Shown here: piece after piece, positions 46,772-59,980 of the stretch | How the letters are laid out: each line of letters opens with the position of its first letter | Numbering within the stretch: the stretch's first letter is position 1 | Source: Octopus bimaculoides | Taxonomy: Eukaryota | Direction of reading: 5' to 3' | Assembly (NCBI RefSeq): GCF_001194135.2 | Contig: NC_068988.1 | Span: 50,396,107-50,460,106, forward strand | Length of the DNA stretch: 64,000 nucleotides | Made by a program: the position numbers and the translations under genes | Notes under the pieces: generated by a model | What the model was told of the DNA's origin: nothing | Database searches by the model: none | Seen by the model: only the letters and a program-made list of their open reading frames with translations

Positions 46772-47105
46772 ATGCATGGCTGTGTGGTAAGAAGTTTGCT
46801 TCTCAACCACGTGGTTCCAGGTCCAATCCCATTGCATGGCTGATTGGGCAAGTGTTTTCTACATTAGCCCCAGGCCAACCAGAGCCTTGTTAGCAGGAAG
46901 AACTGAAAAAAGCCTGTCATGTGTTTATATTTGTCCCCACTCTCACTGCTTGACAACCAGTCTTAGGTCGACTACACCTTTGTAGCTTAGTGGTTCAGCA
47001 ATAGCAATCGATAGAATAAGTACCAGACTTAAAATAAATATTTGGGTCAATTAGTTTGACTAAACCCATCAAGACAGTTCTTTAGTAGGGTCACAGTCCA
47101 ATGAA
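46772..47105 (+). mobile_element. SINE family 2 copy
   Basis: GCATGGCTGTGTGGTAAGAAG head; ATCGATAGAATAAGTACCAG. Confidence 0.8.
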
Positions 47106-47539
47106 AATATAAGCAATATATGTATGTATGTAGATTTATATGTCTGTATATCTATTTGTGTATATACATGCTACATGCACTCACACAGTATGCAAGAAAT
47201 ATTTGAGAACATATTTAGTAATTTAGTAAAGCAACTCTAATCTGGTAAAAACCAAATGAATTTTAATAAAGAACTGTACACATGCTCTCAATAAGTTTTC
47301 TCATAAGACTATTCAATGAATTAACCTTCAGCTTCTATGACTGCTTTGATGTAGGACTGCAATCATTGATACACCTGCACAAGATGGTTCTTATTCATTT
47401 CAGACAATTGGTGGTCTTCAATGAAGCTATGGTATTATGAGGATATCAATTAGTCTCCCTTTCAACAACACTCTAAAATTAGTTGTCCATGGGATTTGAA
47501 TCTGAAAAGTTTGGCAGCCACAATTTAGAAGTTACATGA

Positions 47540-47750
47540 TCATAAAGATTGACATCCTTTCTTGGGTTATGTGGCTGGATGTGATTGGGGAAGATCTCCA
47601 GAGGCTCGACATCACCTTGGAGGATGCAGAGGGGGCTGGAACAGCACCACCAGTGATAGAGAGCACTGGTAGACCTGGTTAACTCTACATATTGGTGATA
47701 CTTCTGGGACCACTAGCTTGGAATAACCCTAGCCCCATCAAGTAAGAATA
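47540..47750 (+). mobile_element. LINE (RTE-like) 3' fragment
   Basis: Translates WLDVIGEDLQRLDITLEDAE (W.D.I..DL terminal motif). Confidence 0.55.
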
Positions 47751-47764
47751 TGATGCCAGCCAGC

Positions 47765-47798
<34 letters not shown>

Positions 47799-48699
47799 AA
47801 TAAAATGTATGTATATTTGTGTACATATATATCCTCATCATCATCATATGTATGTATATATACTGATTGAAGAGATTAAGAGCACAGTATTTAAGAGCTT
47901 AATTATTAACCCATTGTTAAAATGCAATACATTATTACAGTGCATTAAATATTAATGGAATAAACTTACATGTATATGTGGAACTGGCTAAAACAATAGT
48001 TGAGAGTACCATATTTAAAAAAGTTTGAAGCAGAAATGTGTGAATTTCAATATTCATAATTTATTTGTTCTCAACAGCTGTTGTGATAGAGCAAAACATC
48101 TTTTATTTATTTACATAATTAATATAAATAATTAATCAATGTAAATGTGATGTGTTACCTATTTCTTCTTAAGAAAACATGCAAAATTAGCTTACCATTG
48201 CTGATTTAAATATGATATAAATGAGATAGAAAGAAGGAAAATGAGAGACTAAGAAAATAAGATTTAAACAGAAAGAAAGAAACAGGGAAAAAATGTAAAA
48301 AATGCAGAGGAAAAAAGATGACTGAGAGAGAGACAGACAGACAGAATCAGAGAGGGAGATAGAGAAAGAGACAAACAGACAAAGATAAAAAGCTGAGAGA
48401 GGTTATTATTCTGCATTAACTTATCTCCAACAATGTCTTCATTTTTTTCTTGTACATGGCTTTACAAATGGGACCACTTCACACCTCTGATCTTCACATC
48501 ACAAAACATGTGCAAACCTCTTATATTTGATTTCTACTTTTGCTAAATATATGTAACTTCTCTTCTAGCTACTTGTTCTTTACTGCTCCTTTTTTTTTCC
48601 AGTCTTTCTTAACTTATTTCTATAGCTCTGTCTATGGTACTATTCTTATTTCTTTACTGCCTACAAGGGGCTACACACAGCAGGGACAAACAAGGACAG

Positions 48700-48878
48700 A
48701 CAAATGGATTAGGTCGATTAGATCGACCCCTGTGCATAACTGGTACTTATTTAATTGACCCCGAAAGGATGAAAAACAAAGTCGACTTCGGTAGAATTTG
48801 AACTCAGAACGTAGTGGCAGACGAAATACTGCTCAGCATTTCACCCAGCGTGCTATCGTTTCTGCTAGTTCACCGCCT
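48700..48878 (-). mobile_element. SINE family 1 copy
   Basis: CTGGTACTTATTTAATTGACCCCGAAAGGATGAAA..GAATTTGAACTCAGAAC; a further partial copy lies near 49145-49265. Confidence 0.8.
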
Positions 48879-51402
48879 GTCTATGGTACTATTCTACCAA
48901 TATATCACCTGTCTTGCTGGAATCTTGTACTAGTTGCTGGTCAGGCATGGAGCCCCCAGTAGGTTATCATGGAGAAACTACCAGTAATCCATCTAGCTCT
49001 TGCTGGCAAAGGTTTAGCATTTGCCACAATTTGTCTTTTTTGTTTGTTGATAGGTATGAAGTCTAACTGACAGAAGTCAGATAGACACAAATGGTTAAGT
49101 CATGGAAGGAGACAGTCAGTTACATCAATGCACAACATGGTAATCTATCGATACTTAAAAGATGAAAAACAAAATCAACCTTGGCAGCATTTGGACTCAG
49201 ACTGCAAAGAGCCAGAAGAGATTCTGTTATGCATTTTGCCCAGTGTTATAACAGTTTGCCACCTTCATGATGATGATGATGATGATTTTATTTGCCACCA
49301 AGGCAATGGAGGAGAGGGATGATGCAAAAACAGATATAAAGTGTACAGATTTACATGGAACAAAATGATTTTAAAACACAGAAAGTGAACATGATGTCCA
49401 TGAATACAAGTATACATAGTATATATATTATGTGTTTACATAGACTAGACAAAAACTTACTGAGGCAGTATTCAATGACCAAATAGCAGTTCAATCCCTA
49501 TCTATTTTTCAAGTAAAGCTTTTTGGTCCACTGCTCTTCCTTTGTCAAAATTAGTGAAGTTACTGAGCTACAAGATACATTAAGAAATAAGAAGAAAAGA
49601 CTAGAAGAGATGAGGTAGAGAGAGAGTGTGAAATTAATTATTGTTGTAATGCTATGAATTCATCTTGTTATGAAGTAGAGACATACAACATGAAAGTGAG
49701 GGCAAACCAAAGCTAATTAATTGGTGGTGGGTAGAGACTCCTGGCACAGTGCGGTAAGACACATCTTGGTTGTGGTTGCAGATTGAGGTAAAAGAAGAAG
49801 AAACAAGGAGAGGGGAGGAGGAAAAGGAAAAAGAGAAGGGGTGAGATAAAGGATGACAGGAAAATGGAAGAAAGAAAAGAAGAGGAAACCAATGAAATAA
49901 GGGAGGTAAAGAGAGCAAATAACAGAAATTAAAGATTGAAGACAAAAATGAAAGAAAGAATAAATGAATGACAGGCAGACTGGCAGGAATTGAGAAAAGA
50001 AAAAAGTGAAGTGAAACACTGAAACAAAGAGGAAGAAGAAATAGAGAGAATATGAAAGGACAAAGACGAAAGCAAAAACAGTAGTGTCAACTGCAATAAA
50101 TTAAGTTGTTTTGATGCATTGTACCATTCTGTTGAAGGGAGGAGAAAGAGTAGAGTGGTACGACTAGTTAAAATTGAAAGCAGGGAGGAAGTTGACTAGT
50201 TTGAGACTAGTTTATTTATCACAACACTCCTCTTCTGAAACAGAAGCAAGATGTAGTGATAATTACAAGTTTAAGATGAGCGGATGAACATTATTAAAAG
50301 CATACGAGATTGTGACAGAATAGGTAGGACTGAAGCAGGATATTGAGAAGGTTTGTATAATAAGAAAAAACTAAAAGAAATTATTAAAATACAAAGCAAA
50401 CAAACAAATTGATAGATCAAAATGATATGTAGTTAATGAATTGGAATTAATGAGAGGGATATGCAATGGCAGAGCTGCAGTGTTGTTGCCGGGGGCAGAC
50501 TTTGAGTTTGTTAACCCCTCTCCATACCAACAAGCTTATACAGATATATACAGCAGACCCACAAATGCTTCCTTCATAAAAGCATCGCTTGGAGTGGACT
50601 GTATACCCAGCCAACCTAGATACACCACTGAGGGTTTCTGAGGAAATTATCAACTGCACCAAAATATAGTCTTTCAATAGTACTGTAATTTAATCGACAC
50701 TGGAAAGCAGAAAGGTAAAATTGACTCTTGCAGATCCAAAGTAAATTCAAAAGGGTGTGTAAAAATATGACATTAAGGACTATCAGGTGGAAGGTGGAAA
50801 TGCAGGATTCCATCAAGATAGGGCAAGGGAGTGGGTATTAAACAAAAATGTAACTACCATTCTATCTACTGAGTCATTCAACCATTGTTTCATTGCATCT
50901 ACCCAACACACAGTCACACAGAGCCCTCTTCTCCCTAATCGTACCATCTCAGATATGAGAGCAATATTCCATTGTGGGCCTCACTTGAAATTTGAAGAGC
51001 ACCAGCAGTTGTGGGCTGAAATATTTGGGATGCAGTTCTGGCTGTAAAGGACATGCTTTCACCTGTAAACATGTTCATTACCGGGTTTTTGCATAAAACA
51101 TGTCCAAGCTGTTTGTTGTCGAACAGACTGGGAGGTTATTACCTTACTTGGAAACTATTGGGGTTGGCAGCAGGAAGAGCATCAGGTCATAGAAATCTCT
51201 ACTCCAAAATACTCTCATCTTCCCCAAAGATAATGATAATCTAAGAATACAATTTACCAACTAGTTTGTGTCACATACAATTTTAGTTAGATTCAATCAA
51301 GTGCTAAGAATGAATTACAATGGAAACTAATACAAGGTAGTTAGTGTAAAGTTGAGGTGGTAAGCTAATCAGAATAAGATAGGTTTATCATCCAGTTTTA
51401 GA

Positions 51403-52450
51403 TAGTTACATCAAAGAAATATCTTTAGGACTTTTTAATAATGACACAAAGAAAATTACTTTTATTAAAAAGAAAAAAGGACATTTTATTGCTTGAACTA
51501 AATTTTTTCTTTGCATCATATCAAAAGCTTAAATGTGTTTTACAGATACTTTAGTATTGAATAAAATGGTGAAAAAAAAAAAAAACCTCAGGCTATAAGA
51601 TTTAATAAAACAGGACACTGCAACAATTATTTTATTTCTCCATCCTAAAATATACAAACATACTTCAGTCTCTGACCACCAGATATTGGAGTGTTCATGT
51701 CTCCTCTCACTGCGTTTTTTCTTTTTGGATTCTTCTTATAATGGACTCTGTTCTTCAAAACTTTGGCAGGCCTCACACCATCTTGTCTTAAGTAATTTAT
51801 CTCTTCTCTTTTCATCCACTTCCAAACTTGGGGCCTCAACATCATCATTATCATCATCATCATCATTATCATCATCATCATCATCATCATCTCTCTCTCT
51901 CTTTCTCTCTCTCTCACGGGAATGTCCTCTTGTTGCAAGTGTTCCCTACAGTCATTGATTTGCAATTGCTCAAACAAAACATTAATGGTATCTGTACCAG
52001 TAGTATCATAGGGCCTGTAATAAAGAACATTGCTCTTTCCAGCAGAACAAATTAATAAAAAAAACAATCTATAAGTATATAAAAAATATACACCTTACAG
52101 TAGTGTTTACACAATATAAACATACCCAACAATGCAGAGTTTCTTTGACAAAAATCCTCTTATTCATTAAATTACATTTATAGTCTGTACTGCAGCATCT
52201 GTTTCTTTTTTCTATCACCAGTTCATACAATATTAAAAGCTATTTTACTCTTTATATCACAACTTCTTTTTTATATTAAAAATGTATGTTTTAACACATG
52301 TAAGCTTTTGATATGGCATAAACTGGTAAAAGGCAAAAACAGGTGTTTTATTCAGGCAATAAAATGTACTTTTTTGAAATAAAAATGTAATTTTGTCATG
52401 TTATTTTCAAGTCATTAAAAAGTTCCAAAAGTATTTCATTGATGTAACTG
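51403..52450. mobile_element. About 1.05-kb old DNA element bounded by ~160-bp imperfect TIRs, with an internal ORF-like segment
   Basis: 51403-51560 is the reverse complement of about 52265-52450 (AACACAT.TAAGCTTTTGATATG, TTCA.GCAATAAAATGT.CTTTTT, TTGATGTAACT blocks); no TSD seen. Confidence 0.65.
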
Positions 52451-52716
52451 CTGTTGAAAACACAGATTACTATATTTATAACAGATATTTAAATATTTAA
52501 AATTATTAGTAGCTATGCAACTAGTGAAAATAATGTATAGTTTGACTGAATATTTATGACATGTAGCTTAGTCATGCAGTTCTGAATTCAGATTCTAAAA
52601 CTATTGATTTTTTTTTTTATGTGTCCTTCATTCTTCTGATGGTGGTAGGGGCAACGCAAAAGTTATAGTTACATACCTGGAGTAAAGTGAAATGACTACT
52701 CTATTTTCTCCTGACA

Positions 52717-52774
<58 letters not shown>

Positions 52775-53249
52775 NNNNNNNNNNNNNNNNNNNNNNNNNN
52801 NNNNNNNNNNNNNNNNNNNNNNNNNNNNNNNNNNNNNNNNNNNNNNNNNNNNNNNNNNNNNNNNNNNNNNNNNNNNNNNNNNNNNNNNNNNNNNNNNNNN
52901 NNNNNNNNNNNNNNNNNNNNNNNNNNNNNNNNNNNNNNNNNNNNNNNNNNNNNNNNNNNNNNNNNNNNNNNNNNNNNNNNNNNNNNNNNNNNNNNNNNNN
53001 NNNNNNNNNNNNNNNNNNNNNNNNNNNNNNNNNNNNNNNNNNNNNNNNNNNNNNNNNNNNNNNNNNNNNNNNNNNNNNNNNNNNNNNNNNNNNNNNNNNN
53101 NNNNNNNNNNNNNNNNNNNNNNNNNNNNNNNNNNNNNNNNNNNNNNNNNNNNNNNNNNNNNNNNNNNNNNNNNNNNNNNNNNNNNNNNNNNNNNNNNNNN
53201 NNNNNNNNNNNNNNNNNNNNNNNNNNNNNNNNNNNNNNNNNNNNNNNNN
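52775..53249. other. Assembly gap within (TA)n
   Basis: N run. Confidence 1.
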
Positions 53250-54212
53250 ATATATTATCCAAATTTTATGGTATTAAGTATCCATCGTGGCTGGTCTTAC
53301 CAATCAGTTTCACACAAAAAATACAATTATACTAATATGCTCATGAGAGATAGCCGACATGGAAGGGATATATATATATATATATATATTGAATATTTTA
53401 ATCTTTCCTTATTGCAACAGCCACATAATTACACTCACTCATCCATAATGGATTTGTTGTTGTTGATGTTGTTGTGTTTGTTACTGTTGCTGTGGCTGCT
53501 GCTGCTGCTTTATTGTTGTTGCTTTGTTATTGTTGCAGTTGTTAAGTGGTTCTGCTTAATTCTTTTCAAACAGAAATCTGTCGCATGGAAGTATCCTGGT
53601 GAATGTTTGAAAACAGCCTCACATATATCATGCTTTAGTCTTATCCTTTAACACCACTAAGCTTGCAAATCAGTGTAAGTTGCAAAGAAGTGTTAGTTGT
53701 TTGTTGCATGGGTACAACTCAACACAATATAAGAGGTTAATAAGTAATTGGTGACATAACAAGTAGATTAATTTAAATACAAACTTGTTACCAGTTCAAA
53801 TATACTTGAGGTATATTCGAACATACAAGGAAGTCATTCACTATATTTCATCATGGAGAAAGTTTCTCGCTGTAGACAAATGAGTATAAATACATTAAAT
53901 CAGCTTACAGCACCACCTAACCAGACAGTGGGATGCATGCATTTTTGGAGTGGTTATCTCCCATTTAACCACACAAACCAGACAGGGAGTGCTGTGAGCT
54001 GATATGAGAGAGAGTACCTCTCTTATGATATTACTGTCATATACATGACTGTTTGCATTGTCACCCTGTTTTGATTTAAATGGTTGTTATTGATATTTAG
54101 TGCCATCTCAAACAAATCTATGATCAAAAGCACAGCAGTCGTGATCAACCCATCATTTCTCTGTCAATTATGGCATGTATAGGACTACATCGTTGAATGT
54201 GTTCTCCTTTAA

Positions 54213-54423
54213 CCCTTTTAAAACCAGCCTGGCTGAAACTGCCTCTGGCTCTGTAGTATGAATTAAAAACTCTGTAGTTTTTTATTAAAATCTTCCACCA
54301 AACCTTAGTCGCAATTTATGTTCCTAAAACCAGCTTAATGATGACTTACTAAATTCTTTGATATATCTAAAATTAATTGAAAGAAGCACAGAGCATCTCA
54401 GAATAAATTCAGTAACAAAAAGG
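54213..54423. mobile_element. Possible piggyBac-type MITE
   Basis: TTAA|CCCTTTT start; degenerate AAAAGG|CTAG end where AAAGGG|TTAA would be expected. Confidence 0.4.
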
Positions 54424-54434
54424 CTAGAATACTT

Positions 54435-54755
54435 TGGTGCTGGTGTCAAGTAAAATGTCCTGGCACTGGTGCCGCATAAAATGCACTGGTGCTGGTTCCA
54501 CATATAAAGTACTGGTGCCATAATTAAAGCACTGGTACTGGTGCCACATAAAAAGGACTGATGCCACTTAAAGAGCATCCAGTACACTCAGTAAAGTGGT
54601 TGGTGTTAGGAAAGGCATCCTGCCATAGAAAACATACCAAAACAGACACTGGAGCCTGGTGCAACTCCTGGCTTTATTAGCTCCTGTCAAACCATCCAAC
54701 CCATACCAGTATGGACAATGGACATTAAATGGTGATGATAATGATGATGATGATG
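54435..54755 (+). mobile_element. Repeat family 4 copy with about 6 internal ACTGGTGCCACATAAAA units
   Basis: Tandem units at 54435-54575, family 3' end, (GAT)n tail. Confidence 0.8.
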
Positions 54756-54992
54756 ATAAAATGACAGAAACATAAATGAATAAGTGACAATAAATCAGTG
54801 TTTTAAAAGTGAAAAAAATAAACAATGATAATCTATTATGAAGTCAATAATTTCAAATGTTTTCTTCCAAGCCAGAACTTAAATCAACATATATTGGGGA
54901 TAACCTTATGAATAAAGATGACTATTAGCAATGTATCAATGGAAAAATCATGTAGCATTCCCAATACTTGCTTGCAGAATGTCATATATATA

Positions 54993-55094
54993 NNNNNNNN
55001 NNNNNNNNNNNNNNNNNNNNNNNNNNNNNNNNNNNNNNNNNNNNNNNNNNNNNNNNNNNNNNNNNNNNNNNNNNNNNNNNNNNNNNNNNNNNNN
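54993..55094. other. Assembly gap within (TA)n
   Basis: N run. Confidence 1.
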
Positions 55095-55337
55095 TATATA
55101 TATATATATATATATGCATATGTATGTATGTATATGGATAGATAGATATAGACATACATAGCTATATATATATATACATGTGTGTGTGAATATGTATACA
55201 CACTCACCCCACCACACACTCACCCCACCACACACACACATAATGTGTGTGTGCGTGTGTATGTGTGTGTGTGCGTGCGTGTGTGTGTGTGTGTGTGCAT
55301 GTGTGTGTGCGTGTGTGTGCGTGCGTGCATGTGTGTA

Positions 55338-56394
55338 TCATTATTCAGTTTATTTCAAGATTTCTTGCCAATAGAAATAGAACCGGTTTCTAACCTAAAT
55401 CCAAGACTCCTTCATTGGAATTTCAACATCAACAACAGGGTATGTATGTATGTATGTATGTATGTGCAGATCTATATGTTTTATGTATGTATTCTCATGC
55501 ACACAGTTGCACATCTAGACATACTCATATATATTTAAATGATAAACTTTTGGAAAGTTTTACAGATTTTTACAGTTTCAGTGATGGACTGGATCTGTAG
55601 TCTTCAAATTAGCTGTCTCCTTTCTGGTTTTGAGAAGCCTAATTTCTCAAGATTGGTACTTAGTTGGTGTGTTACATATCCCAGGGCCCCAATAATTACA
55701 GGTATAAACCTGAATTTGTAATCTGGATAGGGTAACTGCAGATTTCTCAATAGTTCAGCATAGGTGTTTTCTTTTTCACTGATCTTCAGCTTTATCTTAA
55801 CATTCGCTGGGCAGCTAATTTCCACAACTGTGCACAGTTTCTCTTTTCTATCCCAAATCATTATTTCAGGTCTGTTGTGCTTACATTTTACTGAGGTCTT
55901 CACTGGTACATTCCACCAGTATTCCTTTTTATTATGAGTGGCTATGGCATCTACTATATTGTGGGCTTTTATTTCTTTGTCCTCGGGATTATCCTTCCAA
56001 CGGATTTCATGATAGAGTGTCCTAGCTACAACATCATGTCTCATTGGTAGATAATACTGTGATGACATTTTTGGACAACTGCTTATGATGTGTGTGATAT
56101 CTTCAGTGTGAACTCAACAAAGTCTGCATCAGTTGTCACATTTTACAGCTTTTCCTGTATCTCTATCCCTTTTGTGCATCAGATACTTGGTTGATAATTC
56201 CTGTTCCTGGATTGAAAACTCATACTCTTCCAAGTGGGAAGTAGTAATCCGGCTATTGGTCCATGATAAACTGCTTTGACGATCAATGTTACTATCATCA
56301 TGTAGCTTTCGACTAACATATCCATGTATAGTCTTCTGCTCATATAGGCTCATCCTTTCATCTGATGATATGTTGCAGTAGAATCGTGCAACTT
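55338..56394 (-). mobile_element. 5'-truncated R4/Dong-like non-LTR retrotransposon (CCHC knuckle + restriction-like endonuclease + 3' UTR), pseudogenised
   Basis: Minus frame C-R-L-C..HIISSCP knuckle (two in-frame stops), then RHDVVA..HNRPEIMIWD..VVEISCP..EK..Y; FSIQEQEL upstream; flanked by (TG)n and (TATG)n. Confidence 0.85.
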
Positions 56395-57195
56395 TATGTA
56401 TGTATGTATGTATGTATGTATGTATGTATGTATGTATGTATGTATGTATGTGTGTGTGTGTGTTTCCTTTTACTTTATTAATTTAGAGTAAATTTTGACC
56501 AGCCACCTACTTGGTAGCAAGGTTGTGTGAGAATGCATCAGGTTTTGTTCATCTCCCTTTAAAGGTCTTGCAGATTTTTTGTCATCCCAGATAATGTGTA
56601 GCATATGAATTAAGGAGTTGTATTCTCTCTCAAAGGCCCTAAGTTCAACCATATTTTGCAGGTTGTGTGTGTGTGTGTGCGCACGCACATGCACGTGTGT
56701 GCATGCATGTATGCATGCATACACATATATGTATAACCCCTATGAAAACCATAGTTTTATACATCATATCTCTCTGATACTTACCAACTATTTATGATTC
56801 AGCTTCTGTACTAAAATTCTTTCTGAGATTCCAAACAATATTTAAACATTTGAAACATTTTGTTACATTTCTGCAATTCTGAATTTTTTAACTATAGATC
56901 TCTACAAATATTTATAAGCATAAAATTTTCCTAAGGACTCTGTCTTTAATACTTCTGAACTGCTTCAATTTACCTTTTATGCCAATGCTAAGATGTCATA
57001 TATACAGACAGGGTGTTTGTTATCAAACAATTATTTATTTCAAAAGAGAAAGCCTCTTCAGTCCTTTATGCATCCTTGAGCTACAAAATAACAACAGTCT
57101 TTTTCCTTGTTTCCCCCAATAACCTGAGGAGAGTTCCAGAAAGTTACTACTGTGAGTAATATGATGCAAAATTATACTGATGTTATAGGTACAGG

Positions 57196-57606
57196 GAAGC
57201 TGCGAGCTGAGAGAATTTTAAGCATGCCAGGCAAAATGCTTAGCAGCGTTTCATCCATCTTTTTATTCTGAGTTCAAATTCCACCAAAGTCAACTTTGTC
57301 TTTAAAGGTGACAAGCTGGCAGAAATGTTAGCATCGCAGGACAAAATGCTTGGTGACATTTTGCCTGTTTTTACACTCTGAGTTCAAATTCCACCAGAGT
57401 GATCTGACGGAAATGCTAGCATGGCAGAGCAAAACGCTAAGTGGCATTTCATCTGTCTTTACATTCTGAGTTCAAATTCTGCCAAGGTTTACTTTGCCTT
57501 TCATCTTTTCAGGGTTGATAAAATAAGTACCAGTTGAGCACTGGGGTCGATGTGATTGACTTAAACTCTGCTCTGAAATTGCTGGCCTTGTGCCAAAATT
57601 TGAAAT
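57196..57606 (+). mobile_element. SINE family 1: three tandem tRNA-like heads followed by one complete body
   Basis: TCTGAGTTCAAATTC recurs three times (about 57268, 57377, 57466) before the single GATAAAATAAGTACCAG body. Confidence 0.8.
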
Positions 57607-57617
57607 TAATATTATAC

Positions 57618-57832
57618 TTTTCTACTCTAGGCACAAGGCCAGAAATTTTGGGGGAGGGGGCCAGTCGATTAGATCGACCCAGTACACAACTGGTACTTAA
57701 TTTGTCAACCCTGAAATGATGAAAGGCAAAGTCAACCTCGGCAGAATTTGAACTCAGAACATAAAGACAGATGAAATACTGCTAAGCATTTCGCCCGGCA
57801 TGCTAACATTTCTGCTAGCTCGTCACCTTGAA
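57618..57832 (-). mobile_element. SINE family 1 copy, tail-to-tail with the preceding copy
   Basis: Reverse complement of about 57410-57594. Confidence 0.85.
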
Positions 57833-57845
57833 ATCAATATTATAC

Positions 57846-58255
57846 ATGCAGGAATGGCAGTGTAGTTAAGGAGCTCGCTTTGCAACCATATGGTTTTGGG
57901 CTCAGTCCCACTATGTGGTACCTCAGGCAAGTGTCTTCTACTATAGCCTCTGGGTCAACCTTGTGAGTGAGTTTAGTAGATGGAAACTGTATGAAACTAT
58001 ATGGAAATCGTATGAAGATGTATGTATGCGTATAGATATATGTGTGTGTGCACATGTGTTTGTCCCCCACCACACACACACACACACACACACTTCTTGG
58101 CAACTGGTGTTGGTTTATTTATGGCCCCATAACTTAGCAATTCAGCAAAAGCAACCAATTAAATAAGTACTAGATGTAGAATCAAAATTAAGTTAGATTA
58201 AATCCTTCAAAGCAGGGCCTCCTCAGCATGGCTGCAGTCCAATGATTGAAGCAAG
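57846..58255 (+). mobile_element. SINE family 2 copy
   Basis: GCAGGAATGGCAGTGTAGTTAAG head, GGGCTCAGTCCCAC B-box-like motif, GGCAAGTGTCTTCTACTATAGC core. Confidence 0.8.
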
Positions 58256-58874
58256 ATAAAGGAGAAAAGAAAACACCTCCATTATCTTTTGCAAGATATT
58301 GCATGGATGGAAATAATAACATTACAGGTACTGCCATCATTATGCTTACTGTCAATACATTTTCAATGTGGATTCCATAACAGTACAAATCATTTTTTCT
58401 ACCTGGAAAAAATTCTTCATTGATACCTTCCACCCTTCAGCTACTCTCACTTGTATCTCATCACCCACTTCTACCTTTGTCCCCCAGTTATTTCCAGTCA
58501 CCCCACCAGCACCCCAACCACCTTTACATAAACGTGCTTTCTTCCCATCATACTCTTATTCCTTCTACCACCACCACCCACCCATTCTGGTACTTTTCAT
58601 GCCATTGTTCTTTCTCTTCTTTCTGTTCAGTTATCCTCCTTGGTTACCTGTGCAAACTGACAACCCCTAATTTATTGAGAGCACATCTATTCCCCTATCC
58701 CCAACATTCAAATAATGATTTTTATCATTTCTGTCTGCATTGTTCTCTTTCCAAATTTTCATTTACAGTGTACAAGCTCTAACCAACCACCTACTGTTTA
58801 CCACAGTTGGCTAAATGAGCAGAGAAAGTGTAAGGTTGTGAAGTTTCTCTTTTCCTGTACCACCAACGACAATC

Positions 58875-59130
58875 CAACCTCTCTAACATTGATGTCATGT
58901 AAAAATACACCCAATATACTCTGGAAAATGATTGGCATTGGAAAGGGCATCCAGACACAGAAAGCAAGTTAAACGACATATATGAGCACTTAGTCTTTTG
59001 AAGCAGTTGCTCCCAATGGGAAATAACTCAGGCCAAAACAACTCATCTAACCCATGCCAGTATGCAAAATGAATATAAAATGAGGAGGAGGAAGAGAAGG
59101 GCAATGACAATGACAATGATGATGAAAATG
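58875..59130 (+). mobile_element. Repeat family 4 copy
   Basis: TTGGCATTGGAAAGGGCATCCAG..AACCCATGCCAGTATG, degraded GATGAT tail. Confidence 0.65.
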
Positions 59131-59296
59131 TTAATGATATATTTGAACGACTTAGTCAGAGGAGGATCTTTCTCATGGTCTCAGAAACAGGTGGAAGGAA
59201 GAGCAGAGATTATCCTCAAACCAGAGAACTAATCTAATTGCTTGCAACAGAGCGAACTCTACTAAAGACACAAAGGGCCCCAAATGAGACATACAT

Positions 59297-59775
59297 ACAT
59301 ATGCTGAGCTGTTGAGGAATCTGTAGTTACTCTATCCAGATTACAAGTTCAGGTTTATACCTGTAATTATTGGGACCATGGGATATGTAATACACTGCCT
59401 AAATACCAATCTTGAGAAATTAGGCTTGTCAAATTCAGGAAGAAAGCTGATTTGAAGACTACAGATCTAATCCATCACTGGAACTGTAAAAATCTGTAAA
59501 ACTTTCCAGAAGTTTATCATTTAAATACATTTGAGCATGTCTAGATAAACAAAACATACAAATCTGCACATATACATACATATGTACATGCATATGTACA
59601 TACATACATACATACATACATACATACATACATACATACATACATACATTTATACATACATACAAAAAATACTCTGTTGTTGATGTTGAAATTCCAATGA
59701 AGGAACCTTGGATCTAGGTTAGAAACCGGTTCTATTTCTATTGGCAAGAAATCTTGAAATAAAACTGCATAATGA
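59297..59775 (+). mobile_element. Second, shorter copy of the R4/Dong-like element (end of RLE + 3' UTR)
   Basis: YAELLRNL*LLYPDYKFRFIPVIIG and the 3' UTR match the reverse complement of 55338-55770; (CATA)n on both sides. Confidence 0.88.
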
Positions 59776-59980
59776 CATACATATATGCATCCATACATAG
59801 ACATATACGCACATACATACATACATGCATTCCTAAATACATGCATACATGCATACATACATACATATAATAACATAATATGTATCAAATACAGGTACAT
59901 AGGTAGAGGAGGCCATTCTTTCTTACCTTTTGTTTTTTGGGGGTTTTTTTTGTATTGTAATGTAATAAATATTATTTCCT

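Noticed and set aside
50420-51200. GC-richer block with several short ORFs, possibly an old LINE on the minus strand
   Set aside because: No RT or endonuclease motif could be read with confidence; it needs a BLASTx/HMM search.
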